Positions 43,261 to 53,737 of a DNA stretch of 64,000 bases are shown here, piece by piece. The stretch is from assembly GCA_964304625.1 (NCBI GenBank), contig OZ199838.1, positions 6,242,144 through 6,306,143 of the forward strand, given 5' to 3'. The stretch comes from Kudoa neothunni. Its lineage: Eukaryota > Animalia > Cnidaria. The position numbers and the translations under genes were made by a program. The notes beneath the pieces were generated by a model. That model made no database searches and had not been told where the DNA came from. It worked only from the letters and a program-made list of their open reading frames with translations. Each line of letters starts with the position of its first letter. Positions within the stretch are counted from its first letter, which is position 1.

Positions 43261-44530
43261 GACAAAGGCGGGGTTTTGCGCTAGATGAAAAAGTATTACT
43301 GTCTACGTGAAAATAAATAATAATCGTTATTTTAGGTTATGTATTAAATTATTATTCTAAACAATAAATTAGCCATTAAACAATGGCTTACATTTTACGA
43401 TCATTCCCTACCAGCTTACGAATAATTGAGTAAAAGATTTAACAGGATTAATTGTTATATTTCACATTGTTTTTTAGCGACTTTACAAGGATAAGAAAAT
43501 ATTTTTGTTATAAAAATTAGCAGGTTTTCGACAAATATGTTTCAAAATATATTTTTATTATTCGAATGTATTAAGGGCGCTGTATCAAACCGATTTATCC
43601 CTAGATTTTTATCTTGATCTTAATTGCAATGGGTAACTATGCAACCATTTTAGATAAAAAAATTCTTCTCTGTACTTAACTCAATAAAATAATTTAAAAT
43701 TTATCATGTTTATTTCATATCAAAAGATTATTTGGTAAATTAAACATTAAGATTAACAGTATGCCTTATTCGAATATCGATCTTATTCTCCGTCATGAAA
43801 AATATCATACAAAATTATATTTAATGGTAAAAGACTCATTAATCAAGCATATTCTTTGATTTGATTATCACGTTATCTTCATTTTTCAAGCAAAAAATAA
43901 ACATTTTCATCAAAAATAATATTTTGTCTATTTAAAAAAATTATTTTAAAAATTCTGTTATATGAGCTAAATAACACATAGAAAATTTTATCTGATACAA
44001 ATATAAGACATAATATCCCTCCTTAAACCAAAAAGATAATATAAGACCCGCCTTATAATCGGGGGAACAAGGTATCATTATTATATGAAGGGATTTATAG
44101 TTTATAATAAAGTGAAAGCAAATCTCAAAATATCAACTAAAATAATAAATTAGGCTAATGACAAATTTTATGATTATAATTATACAATTACAACAGATTC
44201 TTTAATCATTTTATCATATTGAGGCATATTTAATTTAGTTGTCTCTTGTGTCAAATTTCGAATTAAAAACAATTTCAGATGGAGCTATATTTTGTTCCTT
44301 AAGCTAAATTACATAGTCCATTTCTGTTCTTAATAATTATTTTTTGAGATTTTAATATTATTAAAAAAATTTTTCCGTCAAAAGCAAAAAACAGGGATAT
44401 ATATAAGATTAAAAATATGCGAGGCAATAAAAACTCTTAGTAGTGGCTCTATACGAGACACCTCGAAATCACCTCTCAGGGTTTTCTATATGTCAGACAG
44501 TGAATGATTGGTGAATATATTTCAATTTAA

Positions 44531-45110
44531 TTTTTCTTTTTTTGTTTACGAGGCAAACCTCAACTTGTCACTTATTTTAATTAATTGGTCGAATTTTGGA
44601 TGGCAATAACGCCTTCTTCAGCACTGTAGGCACCGCCGAACAGAGGCACACAGTACCAATCCCTTACCGTTCTACAATAGTGTGGGAGCTTAAATCCACT
44701 GAATATCTCACCTTGAAGTTGGATTCCAACCATTTAAGGACGCCACATTTGATAGAGGACTAACTTGGTAATAGTTTCATTTTCCCGTGAACATCTAGTC
44801 CGGCACCTCCTAAATGGGGGTGCGAGATTCGACCACAATAGAAGATTATTTTTGATTCAGCCATGCCCTATCGTATGCATAGAGGATGCGGATTTCGATT
44901 TTTCATCAAAAGGAGTGCAAATCCAATTTAGTTGAGAAGCGCTGATCTAAGCGGAAATTGTGAGCTGGTCCAGAGAAGGATCAAGCCTGATGTGAACAGA
45001 TCACGGGCCAAATGCCCTACAACTTGTTAAATCATTGAAACTAAAAGCTGAAGAACAGACTATTCAGCTAACGAACTCTGGTTTTCTCGCCTCAGCAATA
45101 ACTAAATGAC
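44531..45110 (-). mobile_element. Diverged second member of the structured SINE family
   Basis: It shares ordered blocks with 24421-24882: TTGTGGT, AGTCC, TT(C/T)A(G/A)TGG..TAAG.T.CCACA.TATT, TAAGGGA, GCGGTGCCTA, and the 3' end GGTTT(T)RCCTYGTAAACAAAAAAA. It has a degenerate B-box GAGTTCG. The 5' boundary and TSD were not resolved. Confidence 0.7.
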
Positions 45111-45261
45111 AACCCTCCCAAATAATTTACCCCACCCTAGGATAAATCTCGAATAATAGATAGCAACGTTTTTCATTAATCAATTATTTAATAATATTGT
45201 AAGACAAAAATACTCATTGTTTGGTATTTTAGAGTCAAAAAAACAAATCAAATCAAAGGAT

Positions 45262-47019
45262 TTACACAGCTGAAATAAAAATAATACAATTAATCTGATA
45301 AATTATTTATACATCCTCTCGAAATATCATAACCATCTCTAATGACATCCTTTTCGTCAAACGTAACACTCACCTGGTTGAATAATACAGATAATCATAA
45401 AATCGATAAATTTTTACCTCATTGGATGTTTCTCGTTCGTTAACGTTGAACGTGAATGATGATTTTTGATTATTTTTGTTGGAATCCACTTTTTCAGCAT
45501 CCTCATCCTGGAGAAAAACATCGAAATTATGTAAGAAATGGAAAATGATTTCAATGTAATTTTACATTATTGCAATGTCGAAGAAACAACTTGATACACT
45601 TATCATTGTAACTGTAGGTTGGAGAGCCGTGCAATGATGGTGCTGACAATGGAAATGGAGGCTCTTCACTTTCTCCATCATCATCGCACACGTAAGGACA
45701 CTCTTCAAAGGCGGTAGCAGTTGCCAACTGTTCAAATTTGCCAATCGACGGACAATACGATCCCCGTTTGAATACACTTAGCATGAGAGTTGATTTTTTT
45801 CGAGAAAAGTTGTATGTGGAGATAACTCCATATTGGTCATCGCCGAGTTGAACAACAGCAAACATATCCTCCATTTTCAGGCTGCCGAATAATAAAATCT
45901 CAAATTGTGGATGCTGGTCAGCGGGATCATCAGTGCTTGCTGATTGATGATCAATGAAAATGTTAAGGTTGGAATCACTGGAGTTTGTGTGAGTTGATGT
46001 AGTGTTACTTTCTACACAACGTTCCCCATCAATGTTTAATATAACATATTTTTGTGCAATGGGTGGCATTGGGAAATCCACCACATCGATAAAACCGATT
46101 ACGCTGGCCTGTAGCAATCGCGCGTTATTGTTGTACTCCTTCCAACCAACTATATTATTAGTATAGATATCAACTTTGATCGCATACACACTGATAAAGT
46201 TCAAATACTTCTGTGGTGCAGTAATTTTGGATATACATAACATATAGAACTCTGAAGTTTTCCGCAGGATATTATGAGTTTATCTTCATTCAATATATTC
46301 ATATGTTTTTCAAGTTTAGTCTTGATATCATTGTATATCTGGTTAAATAATAGTTGTTTATTAGAGCTATGGCCATTGTCGTGATTATCGGGTCTTAAAA
46401 TAAGAAATCGATTTCCAAAGCAGTAAAATGCATTAGAATTATGTTCATTGTATCTTCGGTCAGCTGAGATATTTGATGGTTCCAATTCAATCATTGTCAA
46501 ATGAACGTTATTTGTGATAGGTTTATCATTCAAAGAATAACAATCACCATCTGACTCCATACTGTAAGACACTATTTTGCTTTGCATATCATCCAACACG
46601 TCCCCAACTGCTATGATTGACACCGAGGACATGGTTCCATAGACTTGAAATGCATATTGCGATGCGTTAATAATTAGATCTGCTATATCATCGTTGTCAT
46701 ATTCAAGTGGTGTAGAACGCAGCTGAAGAATCTCTCTTCTTAACTGGTTAATATCTGATGTGAATGGAACCAAAAGCTGATTTTTTCCTCTCCCAATAAT
46801 CACACCAATTGTATCAATAAAATCATTTCTTCCTTTTTCAGGTCGGGATTGAACCAACTCTTCAATCAGGTTTTCTAAAATGTACAGTGCCAAATTGAAA
46901 TAAGTTTTGCTCTGTTTAGTGTTAATTTGTAAATCTTCATTATTTATTTGGAGCAGACACTGACTTCCATATTCACGATGCATTGATAAACTTGCATCAA
47001 CAACAAAAAGAGTAGGCAT
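45262..47019 (-). CDS. INTS14: Integrator complex subunit 14 (VWA9); 3' exons uncertain
   Basis: N-terminus MPTLFVVDASLSM (human MPTVVVMDVSLSM), then LVPFTSD, CGKL, VIGFIDVVDFPMPPI, LLFGSLKMEDMFAVVQLG and LMLSVF. A phase-1 intron at 46150-46208 joins the two ORFs. Exons below ~45550 are ambiguous and may extend to ~44190. Confidence 0.88.
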
Positions 47020-47032
47020 AATTTTATAATTG

Positions 47033-47044
47033 TGCGCACGCGCA
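47033..47044 (-). promoter_or_regulatory. NRF1 consensus element upstream of INTS14
   Basis: TGCGCACGCGCA (fits YGCGCAYGCGCR), 13 nt from the ATG at 47019. Confidence 0.7.
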
Positions 47045-48763
47045 AAATTATTAATATTAAAAAGAACGTGGTTATTTTCATGGTGAATAATATTCAAATG
47101 TCACTAAATTTAATTATATTTGATTGATTCCCGCCAATTTCTTCTCTCATAAAGTTACAAATAATTAAGTATAATTGATTCTAAAAAATAAACTTTATAG
47201 ATCTACTATAAATAAGAGTTACCGGGATTTAAAATGAACATTGCCCCCTGCTAATTAGCTATTTAAGATTAAAAATTTATTGTGCTAGTAGCCTTTGAAA
47301 TCACTAAAACACTCACACCAACGCAGTTTATGATTAATCTCCTAAGAGCCACTTATAGGGGTGCCATTTTCGAATAATAAGTATCAAAATAAATATATTC
47401 TTTCATTTAATGAACAATTTTAATTGTACAAAATTTTTTGAATCAAAATCATATAATTTTAGCGCTAAAAATGAAAATTAAAATATTTTCGAGCAATTTT
47501 TTAATCTCAAATTATTCAAACAATTCGATTTTACTATATTTTTATCAATAATATGAATAAAAAATAAAAAAAAAGATGCAAGTCATATTCAATCAAATAT
47601 TAACTAGAAGTTTAGTAATGAATCAAAGATAGTTGCTATGAAAATGATAAACGTTAGTTTTACGTTAAGCAGAAATTAACTCTTAAAGGATGGACTTGGG
47701 ATCCAAAAGCACACCTTTATATCATTTTGTTTATAAATTTTGTTGTTAAATGTGTTATATTTTGTGCATATTTGCCAGGATTTCATTTACTTTTGTAAAA
47801 AAGTATTATCTATCGAATGACAATATAATTGGTTAAACTTGGGACGGAATTACGCAAAATATAATCAGTTTATTACATCTAATAAAACTAAAAAGTAATT
47901 ATATATATATATATATATATATCATCCATATTGATTTTAATATGATTTTAAAATAATCACGCTTTAGTACGTATTTATTCAATTTTAGAATTTATTATCT
48001 TGATAATTATAAAGTTTGAAACATCTGAAAACACTCTTTGCGCAGATTTTTGGTCGCTAATTTTTTACGATTCTTATTAACAAGATAAATAAATATGGAG
48101 TGCAAAAATTCAGTTTTAAAAAATAACATCTAAATTTTACCCAAATCCCACTTCGAGAAACATCGTTCCCATGTGTAATCTCCCTTTTGTTTACAAAAAC
48201 TTTCCATTTTCATTATTCGTCACATATTTTAATACATCCGTTATGTTAAATCGCTTAAATTATTTTTTTACATCAAGAAATAAACAGATTAACTATGTCT
48301 TCGTTTTTGTTTATCATGTTCTATTCCGAATTGGATTTTCTACGTTTTAAAGGAGAAAATAACTTTTTTTGTTCGTTATTGATTATGAAATATTTGTTCA
48401 TACAATTTTTTCTAAAGGTTAATGCACAGAGCTCAAAATCGCTGCATAAATTGCAGAAATCCCAATTGTTTGATCCCAAAAAATCGGAATAGAAATAAAT
48501 GTTATCAGTCTGATTACTAAATAGTCTGCGTGTGACACAAGTAATGTGGATCATTCTTTCATATATTTAAGTAAAAAGTAAAAATTTGTCTAAGCTTACT
48601 GCTACTAAAAACAATGGGCATAAAACTAATTTCCCCCAAATATGAAACCTTTTTTTCAAACCCTGTGTAGCGCGAGAGAAACACCAGTCTCAATTCTACA
48701 ATAATCCGCCGTGCGTACCCATCGCTGACGTGGCTTCGCCACATATGCCCCCCTTTTATTTTG

Positions 48764-51463
48764 TTATATATAATAATCATTTAGCCACTTGGGTGCTTTA
48801 GAAATGCGGCAGCTGCGCTTCTTAACTCTTGCGTCTGGGTCCATATACGGAAGGGTATTGTTCTGATGTGTTTTCCTTACATTTCCATTATCATCATAGG
48901 TCATAGTGGTACCATTTTTGGACAGTACTTTGAAGGGGCCTAAGAAACGTTTTGACAAGGCGCTTTTACCTGACTGACTTTTAGTTAAAATTAGATTTGG
49001 CGTTTTCTCTTTTGCGATTGTTTTCCTATCATAACCACTTTTTTGTTTGCGTTGCGCTTTTCGAATATTGGAATGCGTCATTCTCATCATTTTCCTCATT
49101 GAATTTTGTAGTTCTATGGCATAGGTTTCATACTTTTGGCTGTATTTATTCTCTAGAGGTTGGAGAAAGGTATCTGTGATTGAGCTTAGGTTTCTCCCGT
49201 ACGTGAGCATGGCTGGAGTGTAAGCAGTACTGGCGCTAACGGTATTACGAAGTGTAAACAAGCATAATGGAAGAGCATCGTCCCATTGAAGAGATTTGGA
49301 ATTGCACATTATTCTTATTTTTTCTTTGAGGCTTTTCACGTATCTCTCAGCCAATCCATTCCCTTCTGGGTGATATGGGGTGGAACTAGTATGAGAAATA
49401 CCTAATCTTCTGCAGGTCGCGTTAAACAACTCAGATTCGAATTGGGTGCCACAATCCGTATGAATTGACTTGGGTATACCGTGGCGTGTCACAACCAAAT
49501 TCAACAACTCTTTTGTAGTGGAGAGGGCGGACATATTGGGTAAGGCAGCAGCTTCCAGCCATTTTGTGAATCTATCAACAAAAATATGTATGTATTTATT
49601 ACCTGAGCTAGATTCAGGGAAGGGTCCAATGAAATCTGCATGCCAATCGGTAGCAGGACCGTTGCATCTTATCGGCGTCAGTGGTTGCTTTTTCTCATTC
49701 ATCCCATATTTGTTTTGCTTACAGATTAAGCAGTTACCAACAAACGCCTTAACATCATCGGTGAGTGTTAACCAAAAAAAATTCCGTCTGATCCTTTCTT
49801 CTGTGTTCCGCTGACCACCATGGATAGTGTCTTCCTCATGAATTTTCCTAATGATCGGAATTTGAAGTTCCTTTGGCAATACCAGTAGCTTTCCACGTCG
49901 AGAATTGTCATATAACACGTCATTTTCCACCTCTAATTTCGCAATACGGTGATACAATTTATTGGGTTTATTCACTTTTTGATTGGCGTTGCCGTCTTTC
50001 CTGAGGAAAGATTTGATTTCCAGCACATCCGAATCCCGATTCTGAGCTTCCACAAAGTGTTCGTTTGAAGTTAATAATGAAACGGAGTTGACGCTCCTGG
50101 AAATGGCATCCGCAATCACATTATCGTCTCCTGGTAAGTATTTTATGTCGTAATCGAATTCTTCTAATTCTAGAAGCCAGCGGCTTCGTCTTCCACGAGT
50201 GTCTTTAATTTTCAAGATGTTTGCTAAGGGGTTGTGATCCGTCCAAAATGTAAACTTTTTACCAAGAAGGTAATGTCTGAACTTTCGAACTGCTACCAAC
50301 ATCGCCATGAGTTCTTTGTCAGTAGTGCAGTAGTTCCTCTGTGCATTATTAAATTTTTTACTTGTGTAGGCTATGACATTTTTCTTATTTCCATGATTTT
50401 GATATAATACAGCACCAATTCCAGCATTAGACGCGTCACATTCCACAACAAATGGTAGTTTGGGATTTGGGAACGATAGTGTTTGTGTATTTCTTATCTC
50501 TTGTTTTAATTTAGTAAAGCTATGCTGGGCGTCTGCAGTCCATTGAAACCTATCATTTTGGTTCGATAGCTTGAAGAGTGGTGAGGCGATGGCTGCCATA
50601 TCTTTGGCAAATTTATGTAGGAAGTTGCATGTGCCTAGAAACATTCTTAATTCCTTTGCTGAAGTGGGAGATTTCCAATCCATTATCGTTTTGACTTTTT
50701 CGGGATCTGGTGAAATACCATCGGGTGACACGATAAATCCAAGGAATTTAATTTCCTTGCTACCAAACACACATTTTTCTTTGTTCATTTTCAAGTTGTT
50801 TTCACGTAGTATGGTGAATACCTGTTTGAGGTGATTTAGGTGTTCTTCGCGTGACGTGGAATATATGATTATATCGTCGAGATATACTAATACAAAAGGT
50901 AATTCTCCTAAGAGAGCATCCATCATCCTTTGGAAGGTTGCGGGTGCGTTCACCAAACCAAACGGCATTTTGTTGTATTCATATAGCCCAAAGCCAGGAC
51001 CCAACGTGAACGCAGTTTTCTTCTTGTCTTCTCCTGCCAATGGGATTTGCCAGTAACCTGATTGTAAATCAATCGATGAAAAGTATTTTGCGCCATTCAG
51101 GTTGTCTAGGCATTCCTCAATTAGCGGCAGAGGATATTCGTCCTTTATTGTCAGTTCGTTTACCCGACGTAGATCAATACAAAATCTATACGAACCATTT
51201 TTCTTTTTTGTGAATACCACTGGAGACCTCCAAGGGCTCATCGACGGTCTTATCACACCTGCTTGTAATTGCTCGTTCAATAATTTCCGCACTTCCGTTT
51301 GTAAGTGTAACGGAACTCTGTATGCTCTTGACACGACAGGTGTAGAGTCTTTCAATTGGATCTTATGCACAAACCCTTTCGCTTCGCCCAGTTCAAGGTT
51401 AGAGTTTGCGAAAGTGTCGCAAAATTCGTCCAATAGTTGATCGATGGAAACAATTTTATCCAC
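48764..51463 (-). CDS. Gypsy pol (RT, RNase H, integrase)
   Basis: YLDD RT motif, CDAS/KEL/TDH RNase H, HHCC zinc finger, DFIGP...TDCG...GLAER integrase and GPF motif. The ORF has no ATG start and is presumably expressed as a fusion with gag-pro. Confidence 0.95.
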   Translation of the reverse strand: MDKIVSIDQLLDEFCDTFANSNLELGEAKGFVHKIQLKDSTPVVSRAYRVPLHLQTEVRKLLNEQLQAGVIRPSMSPWRSPVVFTKKKNGSYRFCIDLRRVNELTIKDEYPLPLIEECLDNLNGAKYFSSIDLQSGYWQIPLAGEDKKKTAFTLGPGFGLYEYNKMPFGLVNAPATFQRMMDALLGELPFVLVYLDDIIIYSTSREEHLNHLKQVFTILRENNLKMNKEKCVFGSKEIKFLGFIVSPDGISPDPEKVKTIMDWKSPTSAKELRMFLGTCNFLHKFAKDMAAIASPLFKLSNQNDRFQWTADAQHSFTKLKQEIRNTQTLSFPNPKLPFVVECDASNAGIGAVLYQNHGNKKNVIAYTSKKFNNAQRNYCTTDKELMAMLVAVRKFRHYLLGKKFTFWTDHNPLANILKIKDTRGRRSRWLLELEEFDYDIKYLPGDDNVIADAISRSVNSVSLLTSNEHFVEAQNRDSDVLEIKSFLRKDGNANQKVNKPNKLYHRIAKLEVENDVLYDNSRRGKLLVLPKELQIPIIRKIHEEDTIHGGQRNTEERIRRNFFWLTLTDDVKAFVGNCLICKQNKYGMNEKKQPLTPIRCNGPATDWHADFIGPFPESSSGNKYIHIFVDRFTKWLEAAALPNMSALSTTKELLNLVVTRHGIPKSIHTDCGTQFESELFNATCRRLGISHTSSTPYHPEGNGLAERYVKSLKEKIRIMCNSKSLQWDDALPLCLFTLRNTVSASTAYTPAMLTYGRNLSSITDTFLQPLENKYSQKYETYAIELQNSMRKMMRMTHSNIRKAQRKQKSGYDRKTIAKEKTPNLILTKSQSGKSALSKRFLGPFKVLSKNGTTMTYDDNGNVRKTHQNNTLPYMDPDARVKKRSCRISKAPKWLNDYYI

Positions 51464-51471
51464 AGTTTCAA

Positions 51472-52566
51472 TTATTTAACGTGTCCACTCATTGGCGACA
51501 ACTTAAAGTGTTTGGACAATGTTTCGCGACCAATGATTGCATTATGGGCGAGGCTTTTTGTCACATTAGCCCAAACTTTTACTTCGCGGCCACCCACGTT
51601 GATGTACATTTCAGTTATTCCGGTAGTTTCGAGATTGGAGCCATTGGCAGTAGTGAACTTCTTTTGCCCAAATACCACATTTTCATGCCTTACCAGATTT
51701 TGATTTACAAAGTTACAGCAAGCGCCCGTGTCGATCAATGCCTCAAATGTGATGAAATTACCAGGAATGCGCGCTTTTGTAAAAAAACAAGAATAATGAT
51801 CTCGACTCTCACTCACAACACTATGAATTTTTTTAAATTTGTAACAGATTCTCTGAAGGTGTCCTCGCTGACCACATTTATTGCAGATAGCGGTTCCTCT
51901 ACATGTCGTCGCAGTGTGTTTTGTGCCTCCACATTTGGTGCAACCGTATTTTGTGTAGTTAGATAGGCTTTTTGTATTGTTCACAGTTGTTCTTGCCGAG
52001 ATAGATGCTAACTCATCAGCATGGCGGTCTGTAATATCTAGTGGTTGGGTATTGTTCAAGAATGATTGGGTTTTTTCAATTAGTTGGAAAATATCAGCGC
52101 TATCCACCAGTTTAAGATATGCTCGGGTCTGTTTAGGAACGCATTCATATATTTTCGGTTTTATGAAAAATTCGGCATCATCAACCGTGGCATTTGGTCT
52201 TGTGGCTCTGAACAAGTGGAGGATTCGTTGATAGAAATCTAGCACACTTTCATTTAGTTTAATGGAAGCACGGCTGAATTCATCAAAGTAGGCTTCTTTC
52301 GATTTTAATCTGCTAGCGTAGGATTTGACGTTATTGTTCAATATCAACAGCATTTGGCTGTAGTACGTAATGGTAATGTCGACTCCAGTAGGTGGTTTTA
52401 GTGTTTCTCTTGAGTGACGTGGCAACGCGAGTAATGTTGCGGCATAAAGTTGTCTCTCATTCCAACCTTTGGAAATTGCATAGAGTTGTAATTCCTCCAA
52501 TTGTTGGTCAATGTTCCCATCAAAGTTTATTTTTAGAGGTACTTCGTTGTTTACCTCTGACACCAT
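51472..52566 (-). CDS. Gypsy gag-protease
   Basis: Two CX2CX4HX4C knuckles (CTKCGGTKHTATTC, CNKCGQRGHLQRIC) and aspartic protease motifs ALIDTGA...IIGRE. Confidence 0.92.
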   Translation of the reverse strand: MVSEVNNEVPLKINFDGNIDQQLEELQLYAISKGWNERQLYAATLLALPRHSRETLKPPTGVDITITYYSQMLLILNNNVKSYASRLKSKEAYFDEFSRASIKLNESVLDFYQRILHLFRATRPNATVDDAEFFIKPKIYECVPKQTRAYLKLVDSADIFQLIEKTQSFLNNTQPLDITDRHADELASISARTTVNNTKSLSNYTKYGCTKCGGTKHTATTCRGTAICNKCGQRGHLQRICYKFKKIHSVVSESRDHYSCFFTKARIPGNFITFEALIDTGACCNFVNQNLVRHENVVFGQKKFTTANGSNLETTGITEMYINVGGREVKVWANVTKSLAHNAIIGRETLSKHFKLSPMSGHVK

Positions 52567-52689
52567 TGTAGCGCGAGAGAAACACCAGTCTCAATTCTAC
52601 AATAATCCGCCGTGCGTACCCATCGCTGACGTGGCTTCGCCACACCTTGTTATGAGTGGTCCGTCTCAAAACTTAACACAAAAATTTTT

Positions 52690-53737
52690 GGCGATTCTTT
52701 ACAAAACGGGACTGCAGTCGGAAAATTTCGGAGGAAATCGCGAAAAAACAACACAATAAATTATATTAAATAATTATTCATAATTTCTTTAAAGAAAGTG
52801 CTAAGTTCGATGCCTCTATATTTTTTACAGAATATATAATCCGAAATGAAGTCATATAATGACTCTTCATTTTTATTTGTAATATTTCGGTACTTCCTTT
52901 TAAATCCTCCCCACGTAGCTTCGATCTTATTTGTGTGTACACCAGTACCAGAAATAAACGAATATTTGTGATAGAATGTATCGTGAAAAAATCCTAAATC
53001 GTTCAGGTGATTATAGCCTCTCCATTCATCAGTCCAGATAACAGAATTCTCTTCAACATTATCGAGAATAATTTTTTCCAATACAGAGCTGCTTCCTCTC
53101 TTCGTCAGTTCAAAAAAACATTCACCTTCCTCATCTATACTACCAACAATCCAATATTTCTGGGGTTTTAACAGTCTACCAACATTATATTTTCGTTTAG
53201 TCACCGCAGTTTCATCGATCTGGACAACGACATTTGCACCGCCAATTTTTTTTCTCTCGTCAGTAATCTTCAATGTGATAATACTCCTTAATAATTCAGA
53301 CCAATCACATATTGTTTTTGAAGAGAGGATTCCGACGTGTCTTTGTATTTCTTCGTAGGTAACCTTGCTGAATTGAATTTTTACGAGGAAAAATATAAAT
53401 AGTTTCCACAGTGGCAGTTTAGAATGCTGAAATATTGATCCAACTCGTAGGTTTTGCTTCTTCAAACAACCCGGGCATCGGAAGAAAAACAGATCTTGGC
53501 AACTTTTATTTGATATGAGATGCATCATCGTCCCACAAATGCACGTTTTCTCTGATGAAATTAGACCAAGATCCTGCAATATTTTGATGGTATAAATTGT
53601 GTCAATCCTAAAAAATGCATATTCCATCATATTGATGGAATCAATATTCTCCAAATCAAAATCTCTCCTGAAGTTTTCCATTTTCCGGGCGCGCGACGAA
53701 AGTTTCCGACTGCAGTCTCGTTTTGTAAAGAATAGCC
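52690..53737 (-). mobile_element. Autonomous-looking Merlin (IS1595/ISXO2-like) DNA transposon, 1,048 bp
   Basis: ~38-bp TIRs GGC(G/T)ATTCTTTACAAAACG(G/A)GACTGCAGTCGGAAA(A/C)TTTCG and a perfect 8-bp TSD AAATTTTT (52682-52689 and 53738-53745). Confidence 0.93.
52761..53681 (-). CDS. Merlin/ISXO2-like DDE transposase, 306 aa
   Basis: N-terminal CICG...CPGC, then VVQIDET, RKYNVGR, IWTDEWRGY and HTNKIEATW. The first ATG inside the TIR is at 53681; the ORF-track start at 53780 lies outside the element. Confidence 0.92.
   Translation of the reverse strand: MENFRRDFDLENIDSINMMEYAFFRIDTIYTIKILQDLGLISSEKTCICGTMMHLISNKSCQDLFFFRCPGCLKKQNLRVGSIFQHSKLPLWKLFIFFLVKIQFSKVTYEEIQRHVGILSSKTICDWSELLRSIITLKITDERKKIGGANVVVQIDETAVTKRKYNVGRLLKPQKYWIVGSIDEEGECFFELTKRGSSSVLEKIILDNVEENSVIWTDEWRGYNHLNDLGFFHDTFYHKYSFISGTGVHTNKIEATWGGFKRKYRNITNKNEESLYDFISDYIFCKKYRGIELSTFFKEIMNNYLI

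Larger units (their letters stand above)
48666..52644 (-). mobile_element. Full-length Ty3/Gypsy LTR retrotransposon, 3,979 bp, with 78-bp LTRs
   Basis: Identical TG...CA LTRs at 48666-48743 and 52567-52644, 5-bp TSD CCCTG/CCTTG (one mismatch), PBS TGGTGTCAGAGGT (tRNA-Leu-like), PPT AAAAGGGGGG, and domain order PR-RT-RH-IN. Confidence 0.97.

Noticed and set aside
46150-46243. Apparent frameshift between the two INTS14 ORFs
   Set aside because: A 59-nt phase-1 GT-AG intron (46150-46208) with a CTAAT branch motif joins them in frame.
48997-52759. Plus-strand ORFs over the Gypsy element and other short ORF-track entries
   Set aside because: These are antisense or alternative-frame shadows of real genes, or AT-rich chance ORFs without motifs.
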